Of a stretch of 42,743 nucleotides of DNA, positions 11,658 to 23,334 are shown piece by piece; within the stretch, counting starts at the first letter, position 1, and every line of letters starts with the position of its first letter. Source of the stretch: Eremomyces bilateralis CBS 781.70 (lineage: Eukaryota). The notes beneath the pieces were generated by a model. That model was not told the origin of the DNA. It ran no database searches and saw only the letters and a program-made list of their open reading frames with translations. The translations under genes were made by a program, and so were the position numbers. Location: the NCBI GenBank assembly GCA_010015585.1, contig ML975163.1, one strand, 5' to 3'.

Positions 11658-14461
11658 CTATGATGCTGCCGTAGCTTCTGGAGTCTGATCTTCCATGACT
11701 AATTGCTCATAATGTTTCGTGGTCGCTACGTATCGAGACGCCCAGTTATCCGCAAGTCCCTGGTCTCCTCGTGTTCTCGCAATCATCGCCTGTTTATATA
11801 TCGTCTCACACTGACCTTGTACGTCCTCCACGGTGCTAAAGTCTATCAAGTACGGAAGATTAGCAAGAGGCTCGAAGAGCGGGTATACCTGGACTTACAA
11901 TCTTGCGCTCGAGTAAGGTAGAGCTCGGCCTTCGTCATGCATTGGCTTCGTTGCACCCCATCGCCCTTCCCCGCCAGTCCCATAAAAGCGTCGGCTAGGA
12001 CCGTGTTGAGCTGACCAGATATCGTGCAGTCGTTTCCTTCGATTGCCTATATGTCATAAGTATCCAGAATCATCGGGTAGGAATATTGCGTACGCACCTG
12101 GGGAATAATAGCCTCAAGAAGTTGCCGCGCAGCATCAAACTCGCTGAGGTGGTTGAGAATGTTCGATAACGTGGCTACTGCCTCCCACATCGACGGCAGC
12201 ACCTTTGCTCGGTGCGCAGTGCTAGCCGCGCGCATGGCGAGAGAAAAACCTCGTTCTGGCTTTCCGCATTTCGCAAAAAGGTTCGCCTTTGTAACAAGGA
12301 TATGGATTCGCTGATAGATGTCGGCTGAGGCGTCCTTGAAACCGTCTGCTACGTCTTCAATCAGGTTGAATGCGTCGGAAAACGAGGATATTCGGACGAG
12401 ATAGTCAATCTCGGAGATGGTGATTTGGAATCTGATTTCGGGATCTGAAGCAGCGCCAGCCTTGAGTTGTTTTAGCAGGTGTTCTGCTGCGATAAGGTCC
12501 ATCCTGAGCGAAGTGTCAGCAAGCGTCATTGGAGTTGGCTATATTCGTGGCCTAGCTGTGCGAAGGACGTTATCAAGTGCGGGATTCGTACCTTTTCAAT
12601 GCTCGTCGTAATTTCAATAGACCCGTGTAGCTGAGAAGATATTGGTGGAACTTGAGCGTGCGATGAACGGCAGGATCGACATCATGTAGAGTAGCGAATG
12701 CCTTATCGAACAGCCCACATCTGGCGAACTATCACCAGTCAGCTCATTGTGTAAGGAAGCCGAAAGAAACCCCGCAATATAACATACAGAAAACGCCTTG
12801 CGGCATATGGACCGAAGGATCTCCTCCATGGGGACGACGGTGTTGTAACAACTGAGGATCATCTCGCAGTATTCATTGGACACTGGTCCAGCACCTAAAT
12901 CGGTCATCAGCACAAGTACCAAAGGGAATAATGGGTAAGTGTCAAGTACCAAGACGTCCATAAGTCGAAGATTGCATAAGCAACTGAGCTCCGACGTTGC
13001 TCCGGATATTGTATGTCAAATTTAGATGCGAGGCTTGGTAAACGAATTCTAGCGCTCGAGACATGCTTTCTCCCTGAAGAGTCGATTAGCGTGCGCATAA
13101 TGTTAAACTAAGAGACAAACTCACGTTAGAGAGCATGAGCTTCGCTTCGCTCAACAACGTAGAGCTCAGAATATCCCACAGCCTATTCTCCCGAGCCTTA
13201 GATTTCAGGAAGGCTAGCGCCTCTTTCTCCGAGCTGAGCAACTTGCTATAGCTGCCTCCTTTCATTTCTTGCGGATATGCCTTGTTGAAGTGGTTCAGCC
13301 AACTGAGACTGTAGTTCAAGCACGTAATGTCCTGGTTTTCTCGCGCTGTGGCAATTGCCTCGTTCATGGTTGCCAGAGCTTCGCTGAAACAGCCAAAATC
13401 TGCATGCAGAATGGCCATGTGTAGCAAGGCGTATTGATAATTCGTCTTGTCTCTGGATTGCATCGTGTAGTCAAAGTACCGGTGGAGATTATCGAACGAC
13501 GCAGTGTAATCCCCTGCTCGCCAAGCGTCAAAGAATCTAGAAGGGGGTCAGACTGTCCCTTCTTTCAGATATCTGCCAGTGTTAGGGAGTGCCACCTACT
13601 TTACGAAATGTGAGACGCTGGGCACAGTAACAGCCGGACCGATCATCTCGCGGAATCTCTTTTTCATCGCTTGAGGGACCCGGATCCCCATCCCTAGCGA
13701 CATCTTAGTTGTGACTCCAGGACGGTTAAAGCAGACTTACTTTGAACTTTATATAGCTGAAACTCCAGCAACCTCTCTACATCCTCGGTGCTCATAGCTA
13801 GTTGTTCCGATTCGCCTTCATCCATCAGGGAGCCGTAAGCGACCTCAAACAGCGCATCGCCCTTCCTCAGATTCAGATCTTTGAGATTTGCGTCGAAAGA
13901 TAACGCGAATGCTCCGGGATTTCGGCGCCGCCATGATGCTTCAGACGGCTGCTTGTATTTCAGGAATGCCGTCCATAACTTCATAGTATCGTTGAACTGC
14001 AGTCTGGTGAACTCGATCCGGCACCGCCTGACAAATTGGCCCATCGGAGATGCGCGAGATAGCACGACAGCAGGAGTCGGCATGATTATACCTGCTTCTG
14101 CGTCCAACAGCTGTGCTTCCCGTGTCTTCGCGACTAGTTGGGGTAAGGATTCGAAAAACTCGTGTAGAGCGTTCAAGGAGTCGAGGTGCCATATCTTGGC
14201 AAGGAACAGATCGTACACGGATCTTCCGGGCTTGATGGAAGCCTCCTGACCGAATTTCTCCTCAAAATCAGACACGTTGAGCCAGAAGTTATGGTTCAGG
14301 GCATCGTCGATGTCTTCGGACGAGCGAGGTGACAATGGAACAATATGGTCAGCAATGAAGGCTAGTACGCTGACAACGCCTTCATGTGGGACGACACCCT
14401 CACAGTATAGCACTATCAGTGCCAGAAGGCTGACTTTGGGCGCTGTCAAGTATCGAGACAT
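11658..14461 (-). CDS. APC5: Anaphase-promoting complex subunit 5 (multi-exon)
   Basis: N-terminus MSRYLTAPKVSLLALIVLY; SPMGQFVRRCRIEFTRLQF; Apc5 motif LHRYFDYTM...YQYALLHMAILHADFG...EAIATARENQD..CLN; TPR-like C-terminal exons; canonical position beside COX13/APN2. Confidence 0.92.
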
Positions 14462-15079
14462 GGCTTCAACTCAACAGAAGGAAATGAGTCTGAGGGAGCT
14501 GTAGAAGGCCGGGCTAGTTTAACCTAAGCACATTCGTTCAACACTTAGACGCAAATCTCAAAGGTCATCTTGAGTAGCTCATTAATCCTCCCAAATGAGT
14601 GTCGTGTGAGTGATTACAGGAAGAGCCGTCTCTCCATCGTGCGTTCATCGCAGGTCCTGTGGGAAGGTGCAAGCCAACTCAATCATTAGCAGCAAATCAC
14701 CCCCTTGGCGCTGGGGAGTATACTCGAATTATTTATGGATTTTGTCAGAGAATAATTGAAGATTGATATTCTGAAAACATAGAGAGAAGAAGACGCTTTC
14801 GAGATTCGAACATATTGACGCGCTGTCACGTGCCTACGCGTCCAGTAATCATGCTGCGTTACTTAACTGCTAAGACGTGACAAGTAATCCTGTATCTTGC
14901 TGTTACGAGATTGTATCATGGAATAGTTCAAGAACCAGGTTATTAACCTATTATACGGTAGGGTGACATTGGAAATACGGAGAAGAACAGGCGAGACGCT
15001 AGCTGGTTGTTAGGGAGGCATCAGTGCACTTCAGTTACAGCATTACAGTAATCATTCGTCCATGGCTTTAAACAGTACG

Positions 15080-15921
15080 CTATGTGCGTAGTCTTATTGG
15101 TTTCGAGCTAGGGTCCTGAGGCGGTTGTCTTTGCTGTTTTTGCCGTCTTCTCATCGCATCCATTTCCTCGTCTCCGGTGGCATTCCTATCCGCGATGTTT
15201 GTCGCCCAAACCCTGCTGATACATAGTTCAAAAGGGCCGGGAACCTTAATGGAGCTTATCCCAATACTTCTTACTCTGTCCTTCATCATCTCCGACTGCG
15301 GCTCCATAATGGCCCCGTGATTTGTCCTGACAAACTCCCCGGTCCTAATCAATATCGTCTCCCACTGTCCGGGTCTCCGCGCGTAGAGCCGGTGTTGATG
15401 TAAATCTGTCGGCACAATCGACTCCGTCTGTATGTTCACGAAGTAGTGTCCGCCATCCGACTTGACCCGCAGTGCGATATACCGGTACGGATCGATGTCG
15501 TATATCCCGCTGTTGAACATGTTCCACTTCGGATCAGTCGTCCGCCATCCCGCGTAGCCGCTGTTAATCACCGACAAGTTCTCCTTCGGCAGTTCGGTCG
15601 ATATGTGTCCGCGAAATCGAGCGTGGGCTGGTTCGGAGGCAGAACCGGGAATGAATTTGAAGTCGACATTGGAGTACCCACCGATTTCGGAGTCGCACAT
15701 CGTTTTGCAATCGGTAAGTGCTTGAGGCGTGTCGAAATATACAAGCGGTCGTGGTCGCATCGGGACTGTAGCGGCTTCGAATGTTACAGCTGTAACTCGG
15801 CGTCAGCGATGAGGTCGTTTGGGAGATTTGGTAGACAAATACCGATATGCCCTAGTCGTTTAGCTTCATTATAACTTCGTTTGAGGAAGCCTCCAGCTAG
15901 AAGCGGCCTTGTACACTGCAT
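15080..15921 (-). CDS. CIA30: Complex I intermediate-associated protein 30 (NDUFAF1)
   Basis: CDSEIGGYS, ARFRGHISTELP, SGYAGWRT, YIALRVKSDG, DLHQHRLY, GPFELCI; short first exon MQCTRPLLAGGFLKRS joined by one intron. Confidence 0.93.
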
Positions 15922-16445
15922 TTTGGAGGATAGGATGTCGGCGGGGGGGTGGATTGAGAGGAGATTGAGAAGGAGGCTGATCACTCAGATACTATGGGTG
16001 TGGGTTGCTGGTGAGGTGGAAGCACTGTTTGCTTCAAACCATCTCATGGTTCTCCGGCTTTATCAACGTATTCAGGATCGTTTGGAGGAGTCGAATTGGG
16101 AGATTCGTGACTTCACGCTTCATCATGAGCTCAATAGTGTTTGCGGCGCCTCTCATTATCAGACACTCACTTCACTCACAGACACTCAGACAGGATACCG
16201 ATCGTGCACGGACCTTCGCGAGCATCTTCATCAGTCGAATTATTTCAGGAACCTCGGACGGACTTTATTGATTTCCTACATAATAGATTTCCTGGCAGAA
16301 CTCAGACAATTATCATTCCTCATTCAGAGTCCATCTTGGGGAAACGTATTCTTGTCATATTTAAGAAAACCCCCTAATACTTCATCACGTCCAACCACTC
16401 CCGCTTGCGCTTTACTCCGATCATTCGGAGGCGCCCAACCGCTAT

Positions 16446-17699
16446 ATGACCTTCGAATCGAAACCCGCTTCTCGCCAAATACCAAATCCCGGAGAACCTC
16501 GAAACCAGATCGCCACATCTTCAGGACGGGGGAATGAGGGACTCGATGGAGCCGGCAACCCCGGCTGGCATCTCGCGGAGAAATCATCCCCTTTTGCGAA
16601 ATCATGGGCGCATTTCGTAGCCGGAGGGTAAGCGTGCTCAAACCTCAATTCATTAGAACCATTTTTGATATATCGCAATGTAGAGCCGGTGGAATGACCG
16701 CGGCAACCTTCACCGCCCCTCTCGACGTCCTCAAAACCCGCCTCCAATCCGACTTCTACCAATCTCAACTCACAGCCTCCCGAGCGGCGCGTGGAATCCC
16801 GCCCCCGGAATCCATGCCCCTCCTCCGAGCATCTCTGCTGCACATCCGAGAAACGTTCCAGATCCTCTTCGCGGTTCCGCGGGTCGAAGGCTGGAGAGCG
16901 CTGTTCAAAGGGCTAGGACCGAACCTGATCGGCGTAGTTCCCGCGCGATCGATCAACTTCTTCACATACGGCAACGGGAAGAAGGTCGTTAGCAAGCATT
17001 TCAATGATGGGAAGGAGACGGCATGGGTACATGCCACTTCCGCGGCTTGCGCCGGTATAATAACCGGTACAATGACGAATCCAATCTGGGTCATCAAGAC
17101 AAGGTTACAATTGGACAAGTCGAATGCCGAGAAAGGTGGAGGGCGACAGTATCGCAATGCGCTGGATTGCACTATTAAGACGATCCGAGGTGAAGGTATC
17201 AAGGGTTTATACCGAGGCCTGAGCGCGAGTTATTTGGGCGTGACGGAGAGCACCTTACAGTGGGTGCTCTATGAGCAAGCCAAGAAGCGACTTAATACGC
17301 GTGAACAGCGGCTGCTGAGGACGCAAGGCGAGCTCACGGGCCAGGACTCTTTCATCCAGAACTCGCTCTTGCTCTGCGCTTCGGGCGGTGCCAAGTTCTT
17401 CGCCGCGATTATCACCTACCCCCACGAGGTAAGCCGGAACATGGGATAGGAACGGCGTCCATGCGCTAACATCTGGCTAGGTTGTCCGAACGCGACTACG
17501 ACAAAGCCCGGCGGAGAACGGCAAGCTCAAATATACCGGCTTGGCGCAGTGTTTCCGCCTGATATTTAGGGAAGAGGGGATGGCGGCCTTGTATGGTGGT
17601 CTGGTCCCTCACATGATGAGAGTGGTTCCGAGTGCCGCTATCATGTTCGGCACGTATGAGGCCGTGTTGCGACTGATGGGTACAGATTCAAAGGTTTAG
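16446..17699 (+). CDS. RIM2: Mitochondrial carrier, pyrimidine nucleotide transporter Rim2-like
   Basis: WAHFVAGG|AGGMTAATFTAPLDVLKTRLQSDFY, GLGPNLIGVVPARSINF, NPIWVIKTRLQLD, YPHE|VVRTRLRQ; three carrier repeats, two introns. Confidence 0.9.
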
Positions 17700-18152
17700 G
17701 GGATGTTTATATGTTGTACGATATTGGATTAATGGGTGGCTCTGTACATATTGAGTGGCGGGGAGTCTCACCTCTCCCACATATGGGCCTCGTCTCAGCG
17801 CTCCGGGTGGAGCGCGGCGTAAGGTCATCAGACGGCATGGAATGGTGCACGGGTTGTCTTAGTAGACTTGCATAGACTAGGAGATTCTCCCGACGACTAT
17901 AGGTGCTTCGTCCTGTACAATACGCTATGGAAAACGTTCTTGCTTCTCTGGAATCTGGCGCGCAGAGCAAGATTTTAAATGGAAATGGATCATAATGCCA
18001 TTCATCATTCCAGCTTCAATACCAAATACTCCGACGCTAAAAGCAATATGTGATGGGGTGGGGTCGTGCAATCAAAGTCCTGCTCGACGCTGGAGATAAC
18101 ATTCTCGGATATCATGGTGTCGCTCGCTTGGTCCGTCATATTCCAACTCTCG

Positions 18153-18750
18153 TTAATTCCACGAGTTGCGGTCCCAATTTGGATCTACGCTCTCTGTCAG
18201 TATCCATCCAAACTTTCTCACATCCCCTTATCGGCAAGCCACAGAACCTACCCTGCACAAACGCCGCCATCACCTTGCTCCCCGTCTGCAACAGCGGATG
18301 CCCCACCACAATCTGCAAAAACCGCTGGAGCCCTTCCCTCCGGTGCTCGATCACGTCGTCGCTGAACCGGTTCGTGAACACCTTGCCCGGCAGCGGCGGG
18401 ATGGTCACCCGCGCCGACTCTCGCTCGAGGATATCGCGGAACCATTCGAAGTCGCTGTAGCGGCGTCGCACGGTGGAGGCTTTGAGCTTGAATGCCGGGA
18501 TGTTCGTCCGGCAGAGGATCTCGTAGTCGGTGTACATACTGCGGCCGGTGCCGTGGGTTTGGGGGCTGCGGACCTGGGAGGGGTTAGCTGTTGCGATGCG
18601 CGGAAGCGTGGATGAGGGAGGCGGTGCGGCGAGAGGTCGAGATGGGGGAGGTTAAGGGATGAGGGGACGCACTTCGATCTCGAGGAAATTCTCCGGAGGG
18701 CCGTATATCTCCTCGAATGTCTGCTGTCGCGTATCTGGAAGGGACTGCAT
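18153..18750 (-). CDS. SNX3: Sorting nexin-3 (PX domain)
   Basis: [34 protein letters not shown]...[16 protein letters not shown]...[34 protein letters not shown]...[13 protein letters not shown]; two introns. Confidence 0.95.
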
Positions 18751-19431
18751 CTTGGTGGATCGCTACTAGAGCTTCGGGTTCTCTGATGAGCCGCAAGCGG
18801 AGGGCACTGTCACGAGCTAGAATGGAGGGTAGCAGGAGCCGATTCGGAAGTTGTTGCGAGGTCGAGCGGGAGGAATGTCAAGCGCTAGTCAAGAAGGTTG
18901 GAATTGTAAGCAAGAGGTCGGAGAGTCTGATTCATAGGCATCAGAGGGAGGAGATAGCGTGCCGTCTGGTGAATGGACTAAAGTTTGGTGGATGAGCAGA
19001 GGTGGGGGACTGATCTTGGCAATGATATTCGGGTTACAGGAGCGACGACATGGATGATGAGGTTATCTCCAACTTCCTTCTTACATCAACGGATCTCTTT
19101 TGCCAAAATGGAGAGATTATTGCGCAAACAGGACTCGACTTGAAGTCACCGATGTATTTGCTCAATATCGTACTTGAACATTCGCAGGTCGCATCCCGAC
19201 CGATACTCCTGAGACACGGTCAGCACATAACCGCCTGAACGTGTACTCTCTCTACCCGATTCCAAACTTCTACGGAAGTGCTTTTGATAGCATGAACCTG
19301 TCATTGCCCCAGAATGCACTACTCCTTAACTATCAACTAGCCATTTAATATGCTATACATGTTTTCAACCGCACTTATGCCGGATGTTCCTCAACTGGGC
19401 ACTGGGTCATCAACTCGCGCTGCATCTGGCA

Positions 19432-19790
19432 CTACAATTTTATAATTTGCCCAACACCTAGCTCCTCAACTGGCTCCTCATCTGGCGCATCTTCCCAACT
19501 TATCAGTCTACTCCAAACCAGCCAGAGCAACTGTGTGAGCGGGACCTGAGCCTCAGCCGATATCCACCTTTCCACCACATAGGAGGCTTTGGCCCAGAGA
19601 AACACCTTGATAATATAGAACATTTGATCTATTCAGGTGTAGGTTGTTTCGAGGATGCGCCTGCCCGCGGCATTGGCTTCGGACTGCATATTGGGCAGAC
19701 CCAAGACCGCACGTACGAACAATAGGCCGGTTTGGATGAGGATATATCGGAGAAGGTATTTACTCGGCGTAAATACCGGCGACCTGAAAA
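19432..19790 (-). pseudogene. Possible degraded gene fragment encoding a hydrophobic, Trp-rich segment
   Basis: One frame reads SPVFTPSKYLLRYILIQTGLLFVRAVLGLP...ETTYT*IDQMFYIIKVFLWAKASYVVERW...LLWLVWSRLISWEDAPDEE, interrupted by a single TGA and preceded by a TTTTCAG acceptor-like site. Confidence 0.3.
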
Positions 19791-20402
19791 GTAGGGATAT
19801 GAGCAAAATCGTAACGACGACTTTTGTTATTGAAGCCGTGCGGGCACGAGGCGGACCAACGAAATCAGGCTGAAGTCGAAGAGGTCGAAGTTGAATATGT
19901 TCAAGCCGACCATGTCGAAGGCGATCAAGTTGGGGGCGAGCCCCCAGAAGTCACCCCCCTCGAAGTCGACCCCCTCGACCATGTCGTAGTCCATGTTGAA
20001 GGTTGTTATATGCCGTGGAAAAGCCGTGGAAAAGATGTGGAATTGGAAAGAATTATGCGAATCCAAAGATGAATGGACCGTGCATATATTATCAAAGCCC
20101 GACATCATACAGTCCACTAGGACATGTACCACCGCGTCTCTTGCTTCTCCTTCCCCATCCATGAAAAGGTCTTGGCGTCCAGCTTGGCCCAAGTCTGGAG
20201 GTGATGCATCTCGACAGCGGCAAGGCAAGGTTGTTCATTGGCGAGGCTGGCGGAATGCATTCGCCAGCTGAGAATGAACCTCATCTGGGGGTGTAGGCAT
20301 GAACTCACTCTAGAATATTCGCATGCGTATATACATTGCAACGTGCACCACGAGAGAGCAACAGCTAGAAACGAGGGAGATTAATGTCGCTATCCCTAGC
20401 TC

Positions 20403-22312
20403 ATGTCGGGCAACACGGAACTCGTCAGCGGTGTGTCCACTAACACGCAAATCATCCGCGGTGTGTCCACCAACAACCGTTCGCAGGCCGCGGTAGGCAC
20501 ATTCAACGGACCAGTTAACTTCGGGGGCAGTAAAGGTGAGTATGCTTGGCTGGCTATGGCCTCGAAGCAGCAGGAAGCTGACCGGCACCTCAGACTTGAA
20601 CGATCTGCTCTCTCCCACTACAGCCGCGCCGTTCAACGCATTCCAGCGACAGTATGACCCGCCCTGCCATCCCGATACCCGCATCGACCTCCTTCAAGAG
20701 ATCAACAACTGGGTTGATGGTCGAGACAAGCGCTGTATCTTCTGGCTGAATGGCTTGGCTGGCACGGGGAAGTCGACGATTGCGCGCACTGTCGCCCGTA
20801 CCTACTCCGACCAGAATCGCCTAGGAGCCAGCTTCTTCTTCTCGCGCAGCGGTGGAGATGTCGGTCATGCAGGCAAGTTCGTCACGAGCATTGCGTGGCA
20901 GCTAGCGAGTAGTATACCGTGTCTTCGCCAATATATATACGACACTCTTACAGAGCGCCGCGACATTATATACCAGTCTCTTCGTGACCAGTGGCAGCAA
21001 CTCGTCCTACGCCCGCTGTCGAAGCTGGACGAAAGCGAGGGCCAATCCGTATACGTCCTTGTCGTCGATGCGCTCGATGAGTGCGACAATGATAACGACA
21101 TTCGGATCATCCTGGCTCTCTTGGCTGAAGCTCGATCGTTAAATACAGTTCGACTACGAGTCTTCCTGACAAGCCGACCTGAGGTTCCGATCCGAAACAG
21201 CTTCGTCCAAATCCCAGATAGTGAACACAAGGACTTTATCCTCCATAACGTATCTCAATCGATCGTATATCACGACATCTATGTTTACTTCGAATACAAT
21301 CCTGGGGCACAGCAGCAGTGCTAGCAGCGCCCCCCAGCAGCACCTCAACGAGATCTATATCACTGTTCTTCGCAACTGCATTTCTTCAGAGTATTCAGAT
21401 AAAGAGGTAGAGGAGCTACGATTGACGCTGAAGCTTTATCCATGACGCGAAGCGGTTCGTCCTCTACAACCGACCAGCGATCGAGCAGGCTCCCCTTCAG
21501 ACATACTGCAGTGCCCTCACATTCGCACGACAATGAGCATAGTAAGAAATCAATTCACAAACTGCATACCTGGATGGATACGAAGGTTACCACAGGTCGA
21601 AGAGAAATGGAATGCGCTGCTACAGATGCTCGAGGGCCACTTGGGCGGGGTCACGGCCGTGGCCTTCTCGCCGGACGGCAAGACGCTGGCGTCGGCGGGC
21701 TCGGTCGACGGGACGGTCAAGCTGTGGGACGCGACGTCGGGGTCGCTGCAGCAGACGCTCGAGGGCCACTCGTACGGGGTCACGGCCGTGGCCTTCTCAC
21801 CGGACGGCAAGACACTGGCGTCGGCGGGCTCGGTCGACGGGACGGTCAAGCTGTGGGACGCGACGTCGGGTTCGCTGCAGCAGACGCTCGAGGGACACTC
21901 GCACGGGATCACGGCCGTGGCCTTCTCGCCGGACGGCAAGACACTGGCGTTGGCGGGCTCGGTCGACGGGGCGGTCATGCTGTGGGACGCGGCGTCGGGG
22001 GCGGTGCGGCAGACTCTGGATATTGGCGGTATTGTCGAGACTCTCTCTTTCTCCGACGATAACACTTCTCGCTGAACAAACCAAGGATCGCATCCTATTT
22101 CATTATCTCTCTCTGATGATACGCCTGTTCTCCAACCACAAGGCCTACCTCTTATCTTTGTCAACGACAAATGGGTTTGTCACAGTATCGAGCGTATTTT
22201 TTGGCTTCCTCCTGAATATCTATTAGCCAAAGTTGGGGTCCATGGAAGCGTTGTTACTCTCGGCTGCAGATCTGGAAGAGTTAGAAGTACAATTATGATA
22301 TTCGCTTTCTGA
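20403..22312 (+). pseudogene. Disrupted NACHT-WD40 NLR (HET-E/HNWD-type architecture) with a short N-terminal candidate amyloid motif
   Basis: Exon 20403-20535, intron 20536-20593, then NACHT (CHPDTR, Walker A GLAGTGKST, Walker B VLVVDALDECD, FLTSRPE) stopping at 21324. Out-of-frame remnants follow (HLNEIYITVL; DAKRFVLYNR.AIEQAPLQ.Y.SAL), then three WD40 repeats, a stop at 22075, and a typical tail WLPPEY...LGCRSGRV. Confidence 0.9.
21629..22015 (+). repeat. Three near-identical 129-bp (43-aa) WD40 repeats
   Basis: CTCGAGGG(C/A)CAC starts at 21629, 21758 and 21887; unit LEGHxxGVTAVAFSPDGKTLASAGSVDGTVKLWDATSGSLQQT. Confidence 0.95.
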
Positions 22313-22549
22313 GCCTTTCCTAGCCTCCTCCCCACCCACCGCCTTTGCAGATAGTGTCTTTATATACTAGTGGATAGCACAAGTGGCAACAGCTAATGAG
22401 TAATACTTGATTATTAATGCAGATACTTTGAAATCAGATCGTGCCGCAAGGCGATATCGAATATGGAATCAGATCTGTGTTTGGCGTTGCTATCAAAGGT
22501 GTCTAAGAAACTCAGTAACTAACACGCCCAGTAAAGCAGATCAACCATG

Positions 22550-22900
22550 ACCTTGGCAGCTTGAATCTGGTTTAGCCGTATATGATATAGAAGACCTTGG
22601 CAACATGTTGGAATAATATGTTTGGGACTGCGCTTGGGCTGAAGCCAATTTCGCTAGTGATTATATCGCCAAACCGAGGTCACTGCAGTGGAGGACAAAG
22701 AGACACCGCGAAATTATAGAGAGAATTGTTTGTTCAGCAGAGAATAATGATCTTGGACACTTGGTCGGCCTGTTACAAGGCGTTGAAACTGGCATTATGC
22801 TTTTCAAAAATCGACTTGAAAGTGAAAAATAGAGACAGATATAGTTCGAGAGAGACATACAATCCGCACTTTCATCAGGAACCACCCAGTCGTTATGAAC
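22550..22900 (+). pseudogene. Protein-like frame interrupted by TAA/TAG stops; RIP-like relic of unknown family
   Basis: Frame WQLESGLAVYDIEDLGNMLE*YVWDCAWAEANFASDYIAKPRSLQW...LVGLLQGVETGIMLFKNRLESEK*RQI*FERDIQ; the three internal stops are each one C>T change from Gln codons. Confidence 0.4.
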
Positions 22901-23334
22901 CAGCATATATAAGACCATTGAAGACACTCGAATCTGTCATCGCAGACATAGATAGATACATAAACAAAACATTGAACCGCTAAACTGGACACATAGGAAA
23001 TTTTGGCCGGGACAAGTCTTTGAAGCAGTTCGGGTAACCCCTCACTCTTCCAGCGGTGGGTTGGATTTCCAATTGATACCGGCCAGTCCGTATGTACCAC
23101 CTCACTACTTTGACCAATCCTCACGAACATAACGCTCTCAGAATCAAAATCACCCAGTCTGTATCATACGGAGATATAATCCGGACGACTGAAAACACTG
23201 ATGGAGTTGAGACAGTCATCTGTCACGTGCCATCGACGTACCCTTCCATTCCATCTTGTTTCAAACAATCGAATCGATGTCCATTCATCACCAACACCAC
23301 AACACCTATACACAGGCTCTCTGAAGTCAGCAAT

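Noticed and set aside
15881..16537. 218-aa ORF spanning the CIA30/RIM2 gap
   Set aside because: Non-ATG start, overlaps both gene starts, and covers a divergent promoter.
21442..22226. Several ~200-aa Arg/Gly-rich ORFs on both strands
   Set aside because: Shadow frames of the GC-rich WD40 repeats.
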